A DNA stretch of 63,144 nt, the filler included, from Chiloscyllium plagiosum (lineage: Eukaryota), in the NCBI RefSeq assembly GCF_004010195.1. It is 4 parts of one record of this genome, joined end to end, with 100 filler letters (N's around TTAATTAATTAA, not from the genome) between each part and the next. Parts side by side here need not be neighbours in the genome. Positions count along the whole stretch, not along the records: positions 1 to 19,818 come from NC_057712.1; 3 more parts are not named here. The stretch is one strand, 5' to 3'. A program made the position numbers and the translations under genes. Positions 1 to 12,016 of the stretch are shown piece after piece. The notes under the pieces were generated by a model, which did no database searches, was not told the DNA's origin, and saw nothing but the letters and a program-made list of their open reading frames with translations. How positions within the stretch are numbered: the stretch's first letter is position 1; each line of letters opens with the position of its first letter.

Positions 1-150
1 AGTCCCTCCTCCCTACCTTTTATCTTAGCCTGCTGGACACACTTTCCTCATTCCTGAAGAAGGGCTTATGCCCGAAACATCGATTCTCCTGTCCCTTGGA
101 TGTTGCCTGACCTGCTGCGCTTTTCCAGCAACACATTTTCAACTCTGATA
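1..150 (+). mobile_element. 3' end (pLTR-type) of a Penelope-like element with hammerhead core
   Basis: Nearly identical to 53300-53430 and 60800-60948; CTGAAGA-A-GGGC-TTAT-GCCC-GAAA-CATC at 54-81; the 53 kb copy lies downstream of PLE coding sequence (across a gap). Confidence 0.8.
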
Positions 151-922
151 TTTTCTATGTCCATTGACAAAATCGTATTTTGGTCGGTAACTTTCACTAA
201 ATTGCCTTTTGTATGACATATTAAACACCACTACTGCATCAATTTTTGACACGTTGACCATCACATTCACTATGTTTAACTGTACGATTACAAATTGTGT
301 CCAGCAAAGGTCTTTAGTACACTAGTGCACACTTCCCAGTATGAGTGAGAAATGAGGTTCTGAACATAGTACTGCTTCTCTTTCATACCATGAGTCAAAA
401 AAGTACCACACAATGTGGTGTTCATCCATAAAATTCATAATCATTAAACGTAAAACAGCTTGCCAAGATTTTCAGACAAGATTTACCCTCGCCAGTAACT
501 CTCATTTTGGGAGATACATACACATTCACTAACCACCCACCCACATGTGCAAGAAGCATTTTTGGAAAGAAGGAAGAAAATGGTGCAATAGCATGATCAA
601 TGAGCATGTTGAAAGTTATCCTAATTTATCCAGGACAAAGCACAGGAGTTAACAGTTTTTGTGCAAACACCATGGGCTCATGGAGATATATTATTGTGTT
701 CAGTCTAGCTAATATGACATTATCATGAGCAGTTGTCAAGTCCTGCAAAAAAAGTAGTCCAAACTGCATGTCATCAATCACTGATAAATTAGGATGAAAA
801 CTTGCACATTGAAGATGTGCCAGACAACAAAAATACAGCAAGGCCAAATTATATAATGACGATGGAAAGCACACTGCAAAATAAAGCTACACAAGTCATG
901 GTAACTGTATAAGGACTAGTAA

Positions 923-1223
923 TTAGATTAGATTCCCTACAGTGTGGAAACAGGCCCTTTGGCCCAACCAGTCCACACTGACCCTCCGAAGAGTAACCCA
1001 CCCAGACCCATTTCCCTCTGACTGTTGCACCTAACACTGTGGGCAATTTAGCATGGCCAATTCACCTGGCCTGCGGGAGGAAACTGGAGCACCCAGAGGA
1101 AACACACACACATACAGGGAGAATGTGTAAACTCCACACAGACAGTCGCCCGAGGCTGGAATCAAACCTAGGACCCTGATGCTATGAGGCAGCAGTGCTA
1201 ACCACTAAGCCACCATGCCGCCC
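923..1223 (-). mobile_element. HE1-type V-SINE
   Basis: Minus strand starts GGGCGGCATGGTGGCTTAGTGGTTAGC (tRNA-like A box), has the V-domain GTTTCCTCTGGGTGCTCCAGTTTCCTCCC and ends in a CR1-like tail GGGCCTGTTTCCACACTGTAGGGAATCTAATCTAA. Confidence 0.9.
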
Positions 1224-1480
1224 TGATGTAATGTGTCATGTTATGTTTGAATGTACAGAGACAACATATCTACATGCATCCCTGCAAATTATTTAAAGGG
1301 AAAAGGAGGCTATTATATTATGTATAGATTCCAGAAAAGACAGATCTGTGTGTTTCAGACAGTTACATCTCACTTGATGTTTTGGTATAAAGATACCTGC
1401 CTCCCTTCAGTCACTGTCACAAAGGGACGATAGTGTATTTGGTCAATTAGCTATGTGGATGTAATGTACTCTAACATTTG

Positions 1481-1715
1481 TAAGGAATAATAGACAACCT
1501 CAACCATATCACAAATGGCTCATCTAATAAACATGGAGGTGAAAGCTGACATGTTAAACTCATAATCTTCAGTTGTACAAGTAATCCTGAAAGTCATTGT
1601 TGCATCAGGCAATCTGACCCTGCAGCCTGGCTGCAATGAAAAGCCAGACAGAAGGAAAATTTGAAGAGATAAAAATGAATTAAATAGCATTGCTTCCACA
1701 AATGCACTGAAGCAA
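1481..1715. repeat. Left arm of a ~235-bp inverted repeat (partner 3085-3321)
   Basis: Reverse-complement alignment by eye; ORFs 1520..1723(-) and 2969..3337(+) share QPGCRVRLPDATMTFRITCTTE. Confidence 0.95.
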
Positions 1716-1721
1716 AAACAC

Positions 1722-2065
1722 ATGGAACAGTGACTCAGTGTTTAGCACTGCTGCCTCACAGTGCTAGGGACCGAGGTTCAATTCCACCCTTGGATGACCA
1801 TGTGCACGTAGCATGCACATTCTCCCTGTGCTTGTGTGGGTTTCCTCTAGGTGCTCTAGTTTCTTCCCACAGTCCAAAGATGTGTGGGTAGGTGACTTAA
1901 CCATGTTAAATTTCCAAATATCCAGGAATGTGTAAGTTGGGTGCATTGATCATGTGAGGTGTAGGGTTATTGGGTGAGGGGATGGGTCTGGGTGTGATAC
2001 TCTTTGGAGGGTTGGTATGGACTTGGTGGGCCGGTGGTCTGTTTCCACACTGTAGGGATTTTATG
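1722..2065 (+). mobile_element. HE1-type V-SINE (diverged)
   Basis: CAGTGTTTAGCACTGCTGCCTCACAG...GGTTCAATTCC head, V-domain, tail TGTTTCCACACTGTAGGGATT. Confidence 0.9.
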
Positions 2066-3084
2066 GTAACTCAAACTCTAAATGTCTGTGATATTGTAGC
2101 CATGTAAATAGTTTGTGCTGTCAATAAGCTTCAAGACATTTGTCTAAACAAGAACCCAACTCTTTTTGGTATACGTTATGCACATGAACAGAAAACTACA
2201 AAGTGCATCAGATATCATGAAGTATAGTAAATAAAAAATAATGTTTTATTTGAGCAAGTCAATGAAATTTGTTCAGAAACAGGCTATCTTTCTGGATGAT
2301 TGATGCTGGATAATGTTGACTGATACTATCCCAAATTGTTTTGACCTTCAAGTAGTAAAACACTACGTTTTTTTAAACAATTCGAACAATCAGGATATGC
2401 CTTTTCTTTCTGATGAACATATCTTTTGAGATGAAAATTTATAGCATTGCTGAGGAGTGTTTTGGGATTAATACTGTTAACATCTGAGGATTGATTCAGG
2501 ACTTGTTCTAATACTCCAGAAACATTAGATTATATTTGGATTAGAATAGTTAGGTAATTGTATTTGACCAGCATGGACATGATGGGCCAAAGGGCCTCTT
2601 TCTGTGCTTTAGGTAGCTATGACTTTATGTTGGGAATCTGGAACTCACTGCCTGTGAGGATGGTGCATGCAGAAACCCTCATAGCATCGTAGCAGTTCGT
2701 AAACGTTATTAGAGGGGAGTTTTAGTGTTTGCAGACCAGTAGCTTTTTGGGATTGTATTGTTACTGCCAAAATGCTTCAACTGGTTATCTAGACACTGAG
2801 GAAAATTTTAGGGATTTAAACAGCTACTGAGGAATATTTCTTGATTTTAGCCTGCTATCGAGGAATATTTCAGAGATTTTCCTCGGTACAATGTAGTGCT
2901 ACAGGGAATTAGAGTGTTGAAAGAAAAAGAAAGGCTTGTATTTATACAATGCTTTTCATAGCTACTAGATGTCTCAAAGCACTCCACAACCTATGAGGCA
3001 TTTACCAAGAAATGTTTTAGGGATTAATACTGATACTGAAGAATGCTTTCAAGACTTGAACTTTTCACTAAGGAATGTTCAATC

Positions 3085-3321
3085 TTGCTTCAGTGCAGTT
3101 GTGGAAGCATTGCTATTTAATTCATTTTTATCTCGTCAAACTTTCCTTCTGTCTGGCTTTTCATTTCAACCAGGCTGCAGGGTCAGATTGCCTGATGCAA
3201 CAATGACTTTCAGGATTACTTGTACAACTGAAGGTTATAAATTTAACATTTTAGCTTTCACCTCCACGCTTATTACACATGAGCCATTTGTGATATGGTT
3301 GAGGTTGTTTATTATTCCTTA
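3085..3321. repeat. Right arm of the ~235-bp inverted repeat
   Basis: Reverse complement of 1481-1715 with scattered substitutions. Confidence 0.95.
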
Positions 3322-3859
3322 TTTTGTTTTCTTTTGATAGTTTATGCTTTGCATGCAGATTCTGTTTTGGATTGCAGGGGCTGGATTCAGTATTCAGTCC
3401 AGTTATTGAATTATAAGTTTTGATGATTAACTTCACTGACTTGTAGGTTTTTTTAGTAAGATTCATTCTTATATTAGTTTTACTTGCAGTGGCTTCTCAA
3501 TTGTATTTGCATTTCCTCAACAAGTTTCTTTACTACTTATTTTGCTCTTGTAGAGGACCGATGCATACTGAGTGGGTTAATTGATCTGCTTCAGTTCTAC
3601 AACCATTTTATTCTTTTCAGTGTTTGTACTTTTCCTCAGTATGATGATGAATAGGGCAATGAACCATCCTCTTAAAGTAGCTGTTGCAAAATGCACAAGA
3701 ATGCTCCATGTTAACTTTCCTATTTTTTTCTTCCTCCTTTTAAAGAATCACTGCAATTCTGTTCTTTCCTAGGCTGGCATTGGGAAATATTTACCCAAAC
3801 TAGAACCTGAAAAAACTATCCGCCAGTTATTATCTGTCCAAATACTAAGACTGTTTATT

Positions 3860-4025
3860 GAGTCATCAAGCACAGAAACATCCTTTGGTCCAACTTGTCC
3901 ATGCTGACCGAGTTTCCCAACTTAAACTTGCCTGTCTTTGGCCCATATTCCTCTAAACATTTCCCATTCATGTACCCGTCCAAATGTATTTTAAATGTTG
4001 TAACTGTACCTGTATCTACTACTAC
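3860..4025 (-). mobile_element. CR1/HER1 LINE 3' tail fragment
   Basis: Matches the 3' UTR and final codons of the CR1 copies at 13.25 kb and 22.2 kb. Confidence 0.8.
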
Positions 4026-4029
4026 CATG

Positions 4030-5830
4030 ATTCCGCCTTCAGAGCAGTTGACAAAGTGACCCTAAAAACAGCAACTGTCCCAGGCCTCAAAGGCACAAAG
4101 CGGGCATACGCACACAGAATATGTAGCCTTTTTTAGGACAGCGGTGATGTGTGAAGCATGTGGAAGGGTATTCAGGCCATCACCAACCACAGAACAGCCT
4201 GCCTCTGCTGGTAATGCCACCCCCGGATGAGTTGAATAACTTTTATGCACTGTTTGAGGTATGAAATGACGTGGCAAGGAGAAAGACCATGCCCCCTCCC
4301 AATGACCAAGTGTTGTGTCTTACCATGGCTGATGTGAAGGAAACTCTATGCAGAGTCAACCCACGTAAGGCTGCTGAACCAGATAACATCCCTGGCAGAG
4401 CGCTAGAGGATGCTCTGACATGTTGGCAGATGTTCTCGCAGACATTTTTAACATCTCCCTGAGTTGCACCATAGTTCCAGTGTGCTTCAAGGTCGCTACC
4501 ATTGTGCCGAAGAAGTCTTCAGTGTCCTGCCTGAACAACTACCGCTCCATTGTGTTAATACCCATCACCATGAAGTGGCTCGAGATGAGGCATGTTAAGA
4601 CCCTGCTGCCCTCCTCACTGGAATCCCTGCAGTTTGCGTATCATCCCAATGGCTCAATAGATGATGCCATCTCCACCACCCTCCATCTGGCCCTCACCCA
4701 CCTGGACAAGAAGGACACCCTATGTCAGATTACTGTTCATGGACTTCAGTTTTGCATTTAACAATATCATTCCTCAGCACAATTTGGAGGTGCAGGTGTT
4801 GGACTGGGGTGTACAAAGTTAAAAATCACACAACACCAAGTTATGGTCAAATAGGTTCCTCAGCACCTGATTGGAAAGCTGAGTCTGCCGGGCTTGAATA
4901 CCTCCCTCTGTAACTGGATTCTGGACTTCTTGACTGGAAGACCTCAGTCAGTCCGGATTGGGAACAGCATCTCCAACACCATCACTTTCACTGAGCATGG
5001 GGGCCCCCAGGGCTGTGTGCTCAATCCACTGCTGTTCACCCTGCTGACATACGACTGTGCAGCGATGCACTGCTCGAATGATATTATTAACTTTGCTGAT
5101 GACACGATGGTAGTGGGTCTCATTAGTAGGGATGAAAAGTCAGCACACAGAGAAGAGGTACAGCAGCTAACGGACTGGTGCAGAGCCAACAACCTGTCTC
5201 AGAACATGGACAAAATGAAAGAGATGGTTGTTGACTTCAGGAGGGCATGGTGCGATCACTCTCCGCTGGAAATCAATGGCTCCCTAGTGGAGACCGTGAA
5301 GAGCATGAAGTTTCTTGGCATCCACCTGGTGGCGATTCTCGCCTGGTCCCTAACACCAGCTCCATAGCCAAGAAAGCCCAGCAATGTCTTTACTTTCTGT
5401 GTAGGTTGAGGAAAGCCCATCTTCCAACCCCCAGATGCTGCCTGACCTGCTGCGCTTCTCCAGCAACACATTTCCATCTCTGATCTCCAGCATCTGCAGA
5501 CCTCATTTTCTCTTCACATTCTACAGAGGGTTTATTGAGAGTACCCTAAGCAGCTGCATCACAGCCTGGTTTGGGAATTGCACCGTCTCAGATTGTAAGA
5601 CCCTAAATGGATTGTGAGGACAGCTGAGAAGATCATCGGGGTCTCTCTTCTCTCCATTACAGACATTTACACCACACACTGCATCCGCAAAGCTAACAGC
5701 ATTGTGGACAACCTCACACATCCTTCATTCAAATTCATCTCCCTTCTGCAGAAGGTACCAGAACATTTTGGTCTCTTATGGCCAGACTGTGAAATAGTTT
5801 CTTCCCCCAAGTCATCAGGCTCCTTGGCAC
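4030..5830 (+). mobile_element. Rex1/Babar-clade LINE, degraded reverse transcriptase
   Basis: Frameshifted ORFs [82 protein letters not shown]. Confidence 0.9.
4781..4855 (-). mobile_element. 75-bp 3'-end fragment of a short PLE-derived element inserted in Rex1
   Basis: Partly reverse-complementary to 20470-20511; flanked by an 11-bp duplication TTCCTCAGCAC (4770-4780, 4856-4866). Confidence 0.8.
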
Positions 5831-5924
5831 TATATGATCACACTGTATTCCATTTGCAATTTTTGGATGACTTTTTGAATTGCTGCTAAAACAATGTATA
5901 TTAATGATCTTCATTGTTACATTG

Positions 5925-6600
5925 TAATTTGTTCCGGAACGAGGACATGCCGCAACCCAAAGGACTAGCCACACTACCATACATCAGGAGCATTTCAGAA
6001 CTGACAGCCAGACTACTGCGACCACTAGGACTTATAACAGCACACAAACTAATAGCCACCCTCAGACAACAACTCACCAGAACGAAGGACTCGATACCCA
6101 GCATGAGCAAAACTAATGTAGTGTACAAAATCCCATGCAAGGACTGCGCAAAACAGGAAGACAGCTAACGATCCGCATCCACGAACATCAACTAGCCACG
6201 AAACGCCACGACCAGCTATCCCTAGTAGCCACACACGCAGACGACAAGCAACATGAATTCGACTGGGACAACACTACCATTATAGGGCAAGCCAAACAAA
6301 GAACAGCCAGGGAATTCCTAGAAGCATGGCACTCATCCACAAACTCCATCAACAAACACATCGACCTGGACCTAATATACCGGCCACTACAGCGGACAGC
6401 TGAAACTGACAACCGGAAGCGGCAGGGACAGGCCACTATAAATGGTGGAGGAAACACCACAGAAGCGCTTCACAGGAGGCTCCCAAGCACTGAGGATGTC
6501 ACCTATACAGGAGACGAAACATTTGCAACAAAAATTTCCAGCTCGGCGAACAGAACCACAACAACGAGCACCCGAGCTACAAATCTTCACCCAAACTTTG
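5925..6600 (+). mobile_element. Penelope-like element, GIY-YIG endonuclease region and 3' end
   Basis: ATLPYIRSISELTARLLRPLG...NVVYKIPCKDC, TGRQLTIRIHEHQLATKRHD, AREFLEAWHS. Confidence 0.9.
6487..6526 (+). ncRNA. Minimal type I hammerhead ribozyme motif (PLE-borne, stem III palindrome mutated)
   Basis: GCA-CTGAGGA-T-GTC..GAC-GAAA-CATT-TGC. Confidence 0.6.
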
Positions 6601-6895
6601 AACCCCTCCAAACCCTTCCTATTCATATATCCATCCAAATGCCTTTTAAATGTTGCAATTGTACCAGCTTCTATCACTTCCTCTGGCAGCTCATTCCATA
6701 CACGTACCACCCTCTGCGTGAAAACGTTGCCCCTTAGGTCTCTTTTATATCTTTCCCCTCTCACCCTAAACCTATGCCCTCTAGTTCTGGACTCTCCCAC
6801 CCCAGGGAAAAGACTTTGTCTATTTATCCTATCCATGCCCCTCATTATTTTGTAAACCTCTATTAGGTCACCCCTCAGCTTCCGAAGCTCCAGGG
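6601..6895 (-). mobile_element. CR1/HER1 LINE 3' coding fragment
   Basis: LRGDLIEVYKIMRGMDR...TRGHRFRVRGERYKRDLRGNVFTQRVVRVWNELP. Confidence 0.9.
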
Positions 6896-7094
6896 CTCTT
6901 GTTTTGTCAGGAATTACTGGGCTATCTTGCATGTTTTACATTTTTCTATGCATTTTATGCTGCCCTGTGTATGTCTGTACTCGTGTGTAGTCTGTGTGTT
7001 CATATGGCACCTTGGTCCTGGAGGAATGCTGTCTCATTTTCATTGTACCAGTTGTATGTGGTAGAAACAACAAAGGAAGTTACGCTACTCTCTC

Positions 7095-8610
7095 TACTTC
7101 CTCTGGCAGCTCATTCCATGTACGAAAATGTTGCCCCTTAGATCCTTTTTAAATCCATCTTCTCTTACCTTCAAAGTATGCCCCCTAGTTTTGAACTCCT
7201 CACCCTAGAGCAAAGACCTTTGCTATTCACCTTGTCTATACCTCTCACGATTTTAAAAATCTCTATAAGGTTACCCTTTAACCTTTATGCTGCAGTGAAA
7301 AAAGGCCCAGCCTATCCAGCCTCTCCTTATAACTCAAACCCTCCAGTCCTGGCAACATCCTGGTAAATCTTTTCTGAACCCTCTCCATTTTAACAATATC
7401 TTTCCTATAGCAGGGTGACCAGAACTGTACAAAAGTACTCCAAATATGGCCTCACCAAGATCCCGCACAACCTCAACATGGCATCCCAACTCCTATACTC
7501 AGTGGTCTGAGCTATGAAATTCAGCATAAATCTCACCAAGTTTTACAGATGCACCATAAGAAACATGCCGTCCAGTTACATAACAGCCTGTCAGCAGCTG
7601 TGCTGAGGACCGTAAAAAAACTACAGAAGATTGTGTGCACAGCCCAGACCATCACGAAAGCCAAACTCCCATAAGTGGACTCCATTTATACTTCTTGTTG
7701 CCTCAGGAAAGCTGCCTACATCATCAAAGACCCATCTCACCCCAGTAATGTTCTCATGCAACCTGTGCCATGAGGCAGAAGATACTGAAACTTGACCACA
7801 CACACAACAGATTCCCGAACAGCTTCTTCCCTGCTGTTGTTAGATGCTGAGTGGACTCTCTAACTTCAAATCATGTTGATCTCGCTAATGGTAATTTTGT
7901 TTTGCCCATCTACTGTGCATTTGTAACCTGTGTGCATCGCTCTATTTAAGCACTGTATGATCTGTATGTCCTTGTTTGCTATGATCTGCCTGTATTGCTC
8001 ACAAAACAAAGCTTTTCACTGTACTTTGGTGCATGTGAATACAATAAATCAAATCAAAACAAGCACACTAAACATATTCTTAACCACTCTGTCTATCTGT
8101 GATGCAACATTCAAAGAACTATGTATCTGAACCCATAAGTCTTTCAGTTAAACAATACTACCCAGGGCCAACTATTAACTATAAAAGTTCTGCCCTTGTT
8201 TGTTTTATCAAAATGCAATGTCTTGCATTCATCAAAATTAAACTCCATCTGCCACGCCTCAGCCCACTGGCCCAACTGATTAAGATTCCTTTATAATCTT
8301 GGATAACCTTCTTCACTGTTGACTATACCACTAATTTTGGCATCATCCACAACCTTACTAACCATGCCTCCTAAATTCTCATCCAAATTGTTTACATAAA
8401 TAACAAACAACAGTGGACCCAGCACAGATCCCAATAGAACTCTGATGGCCATATGCCTCTAGTTTGAAAGGCAATCCCATACCACTGCCTTCTGTCTCCC
8501 ACCATCTAGCCAATTTTGAATTCAATTGTCAAGCTCTCTCTTAATCCCATGTCATCTAACTTTTTACTAATCAGTCTGCTGTGCAGAACTTTATCAAAGG
8601 CCTCAGTAAA
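7095..8610 (-). mobile_element. CR1 LINE fragment, split by a Rex1-type 3' end
   Basis: CR1 RT/C-terminal sequence at 7095-7515 resumes in register at ~8060. Confidence 0.8.
7520..8058 (+). mobile_element. Rex1/Babar-type LINE 3' end
   Basis: TTTTACAGATGCACCATA (FYRCTI-like), CTACAGAAGATTGTGTGCACAGCCCAG, tail TTTTCACTGTAC...CAATAAATCAAATCAAA. Confidence 0.75.
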
Positions 8611-9462
8611 GGTATTATTAATCCTACATCATCATTATGTGGGCTGGCATTGTCCATTTGCACATTTCAGCAAACTCCCCCACATCCTGGCTGCTATACA
8701 CATACCCCCACTCCCACACACACTTATCACCCTCCTCTGCCTGCTACTGCTGACCTTGTTATCTGCCTTCTGAACATTTTCATTCGACATGTAACCTCTT
8801 CTCTTAAAAGCATCCTGGGAACTTTAAATCTATAACTTTTATTTACATTTTGTCCTGTACATTATTGATGATTGAAAACTATAAACAGTATTCCAAATTT
8901 GGAATACCGAGATTTTGTCCGCATTCATATAGATGTCTCAACAGTGGGAATCCCTGACTTATTTACTTAAGAGTAGTGAAGAAGGAACACTCTTTGGAAT
9001 AACAAAAATTAATAATTGTAATAATAATGTTCTAGGATCAGCCATTTAGTACTGAGCTGAGGAATTTCTTTGTTCAGGGAATTTGAATCATTGAAACCTC
9101 TTCCCCAAAGAAGCATGGATACTCAGTTTTTAAGTATGTTCAATATTGCAATATCTACACTTTTGGATTCTCGGGGATCAGCTGGGAAACTAGAGTTGAG
9201 GTCAAAGATTAGCCTTGATATAATTGAATGGTCTATCCTTACTCCTATTTCTTAGGTTCTTAACAGAAGCTTTTATTCCAAGAGAAGATACCCAACCATT
9301 AACAGGAATAACCATTATATCTCTTTTCTTCCACAACTAGGTTATTGTGGATAAACAAAACAGTTGATTTATAGCTTCATTGCATCTTAAACTTTAAATA
9401 CAAATAAGCCATTTGACCTGCTGAATGCACAGACTGTTGGAGCTCATGTAGAGAATTGTTAT

Positions 9463-9975
9463 TCAAAGTTTGTGAGAAGATTTGTAGCTTGGGTGCTCGT
9501 TGCTGTGGTTCTGTTCGCCGAGCTGGAAGTTTTTGTTGCAAACGTTTCGTCCCCTGTCTAGGTGACATCCTCAGTGCTTGGGAGCCTCCTGTGAAGCGCT
9601 TCTGTGGTGTTTCCTCCGGCATTTATAGTGGCCTGTCCCTGCCGCTTCCGGTTGTCAGTTTCAGCTGTCCGCTGTAGTGGCCGGTATATTGGGTCCAGGT
9701 CGATGTGTTTGTTGATGGAGTTTGTGGATGAGTGCCATGCTTCAAGGAATTCCCTGGCTGTTCTTTGTTTGGCTTGCCCTATAATGGTAGTGTTGTCCCA
9801 GTCAAATTCATGTTGCTTGTCGTCTGCGTGTGTGGCTACTAGGGATAGCTGGTCGTGTCGTTTCGTGGCTAGTTGATGTTCGTGGATGCGGATCGTTAGC
9901 TGTCTTCCTGTTTGTCCTATATAGTGTTTTGTGCAGACCTTGCATGGGATTTTGTATACTACATTAGTTTTGCAT
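9463..9975 (-). mobile_element. Penelope-like element 3' part, same family as 5925-6600, inverted
   Basis: Near-identical reverse complement; retains YKIPCKVCTKHYIGQTGRQL. Confidence 0.9.
9538..9577 (-). ncRNA. Minimal type I hammerhead ribozyme motif, core intact
   Basis: GCA-CUGAGGA-U-GUC-A-CCU-AGAC-AGG-G-GAC-GAAA-CGUU-UGC: stem I GCA/UGC, stem II hairpin, ACGU palindrome in place of stem III. Confidence 0.75.
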
Positions 9976-10189
9976 TAGAATTGTTATCTCACTCCGGTCT
10001 TCAGTTAAAGTTGCAAGTAATCACTTGGAAATGGTAATGATCATAGATTGTAACCTAGTAACTATTTACTTGGACTGCTGCTGGCATTTTAGCTATAACA
10101 ACAGGAGCTGAACAGAGTTCAAAACTCAAAGCGTTAAGAAATGAAATGACTTTGCTTTTGTTCATCTTATTCAGTCAGAAAACAAAGGA

Positions 10190-10620
10190 ACAGAATAATG
10201 TCATTTAGAACTTCAAGCTGGTTCCATCATTCAGTTAAATCATGGCTGATCTGTATTTCAGTTCCATTTACCTGATTTCTCCATATCCTTCGATACCCTA
10301 ACTTGGTAAAAATCTATCCTTCTCAACCTTGAAATTTTTAGTTGACCCAGCATTTGAGAGAAACGCTACAAATTTCTCAAAGCCTTCTCCTGAAAAGTAT
10401 TTGTTGATTTCACTACTAAATAGTCTGATTATAATTTTATGATTTAGCTTACTTGTTGTGGATTACTTGAAAAGACTAATTTTTCTGTGTATAATCTGCT
10501 AATTTCTCATTTAAATACACTAATTAGATCATCCCTCCATATTCTATACGTCAAGAAATACAATCCAGATTTATGCAATATATCCTCATAATTTGATCCC
10601 TTCAGCCCTGGCATTATGTT
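10190..10620 (-). mobile_element. Old CR1-type LINE 3' end
   Basis: IMPGLKGSNYEDILHKSGLY...WRDDLISVFK on the minus strand. Confidence 0.7.
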
Positions 10621-10669
10621 GTACTTCTGCACTGTATCCCTTGCAAGGTGGAATACCTTTCCTGAGGGT

Positions 10670-11130
10670 CGTGCACAAAAGAAGAGATTTACCAGGATGT
10701 TGTCGGGTATGGAGGATTTGAGATTTAAGGAGAGGCTAGATAGTTTGGAACTTTTTTCACGGGAGCATAGAAAATTGGGAAGTGACCTTCTCGGGCTTTG
10801 TAAAATAATGTGAAGTATAGAAAAGCTGAATAGCAGGTCTTTTGCCAAGGATGAGGGATTTCAAGACTAGAGGGTATATTTTTAAGGTGAGAGGAGAAAG
10901 ATTTAAAAGACGAGAGGCAATTTTTTTTACACAGAAAGGTTTGTGTGTGGAACAAACTTCCAGAGGAAGTGATGGATGCAGGTACATTTCAACATTGAAA
11001 AGACATTTAGGTAAGTATATGAATAAGAAATATTTGGAAGGATATGGACTAAGCTTAAGGAGATGAGACTATAGTCAGCATGGACCGGTTGGTTTGAAGG
11101 ATCTGTTTCTTTTTTGTATGACGTTGACTA
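10670..11130 (+). mobile_element. CR1/HER1 LINE 3' end
   Basis: RFTRMLSGMEDLRFKERLDSLELFS; TRGYIFKVRGERFK; 3' tail. Confidence 0.85.
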
Positions 11131-11274
11131 TGGCTACTCGAAATGGGGATCTGAACAACAGTCTGTGATGCTGAAACAAGACTTGCTTGCTTTTGTAACC
11201 TAGGGGATCAAAAATAAATGCCTCCATGTTTTTCCATGTGGAACTTAATTTACCATAATTTAGATTCTGTACAG

Positions 11275-11592
11275 GATTAGATTATATTCCCTGCAGTGTG
11301 GATACAGGCCATTTGGCCCATCAAGTCCATACTGACTCTCCGAAGAGTAATCCACCCAGACCCAATTCCCTCTGACTAATGCACCTAACACTATGAGCAA
11401 TTTAGCATGGCCAATCTACCTGACCTGCACATCTTTGGATTGTGGGAGGAAACTGGAGGACCCAGAGGAAACCTACGCAGACATGGGGAGATTGTGCAAA
11501 CTCCACACAGACAGTCAACCGAGGCTGGAATCCAACCTGGGTTCCTGGCGCCGTGAGGCTGCAGTGCTAACCACTGAATCACTGTGCCACCC
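11275..11592 (-). mobile_element. HE1-type V-SINE
   Basis: Full head, V-domain and tail as at 923-1223. Confidence 0.9.
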
Positions 11593-12016
11593 TTTGGCCC
11601 ACTTACTTGGTTTATGTACCTTTGTGAGTTTCTCCTCTCATCTGCTATAACTTTAAAAGTATTGTGAGCTACAAATCTGGGTGTGCAACCTTTTATTCTT
11701 TCATCTAGGAGCTTAATACATAATGAATTGCAGAGAACAGAGTTGATCGCATCCTGTCAATCCGAGGATTTTCGTTTAGCATTATTACCTGTCTCTTACT
11801 TTCCATCTATATGATGAGCTAATGTGAAATGCTGTTTCTAAATTGGTAGGATGTCTTTATGCTAACAATCACTTGTGCTAAATCTTTTAAAGTGCCTTTA
11901 AGAATTCCATTTGATGTACATTCACCCAAATCAGCTTGGGTTGGGTCATCTCTTCAATAAGTTCACGAAATATGACCGGCCTTTTTATAAATGCACAATA
12001 ACTTCCCTTAATCCAT

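Noticed and set aside
1140..1223. tRNA-like A/B boxes here and at other SINE heads
   Set aside because: Heads of HE1/Deu SINEs with no complete cloverleaf; not tRNA genes
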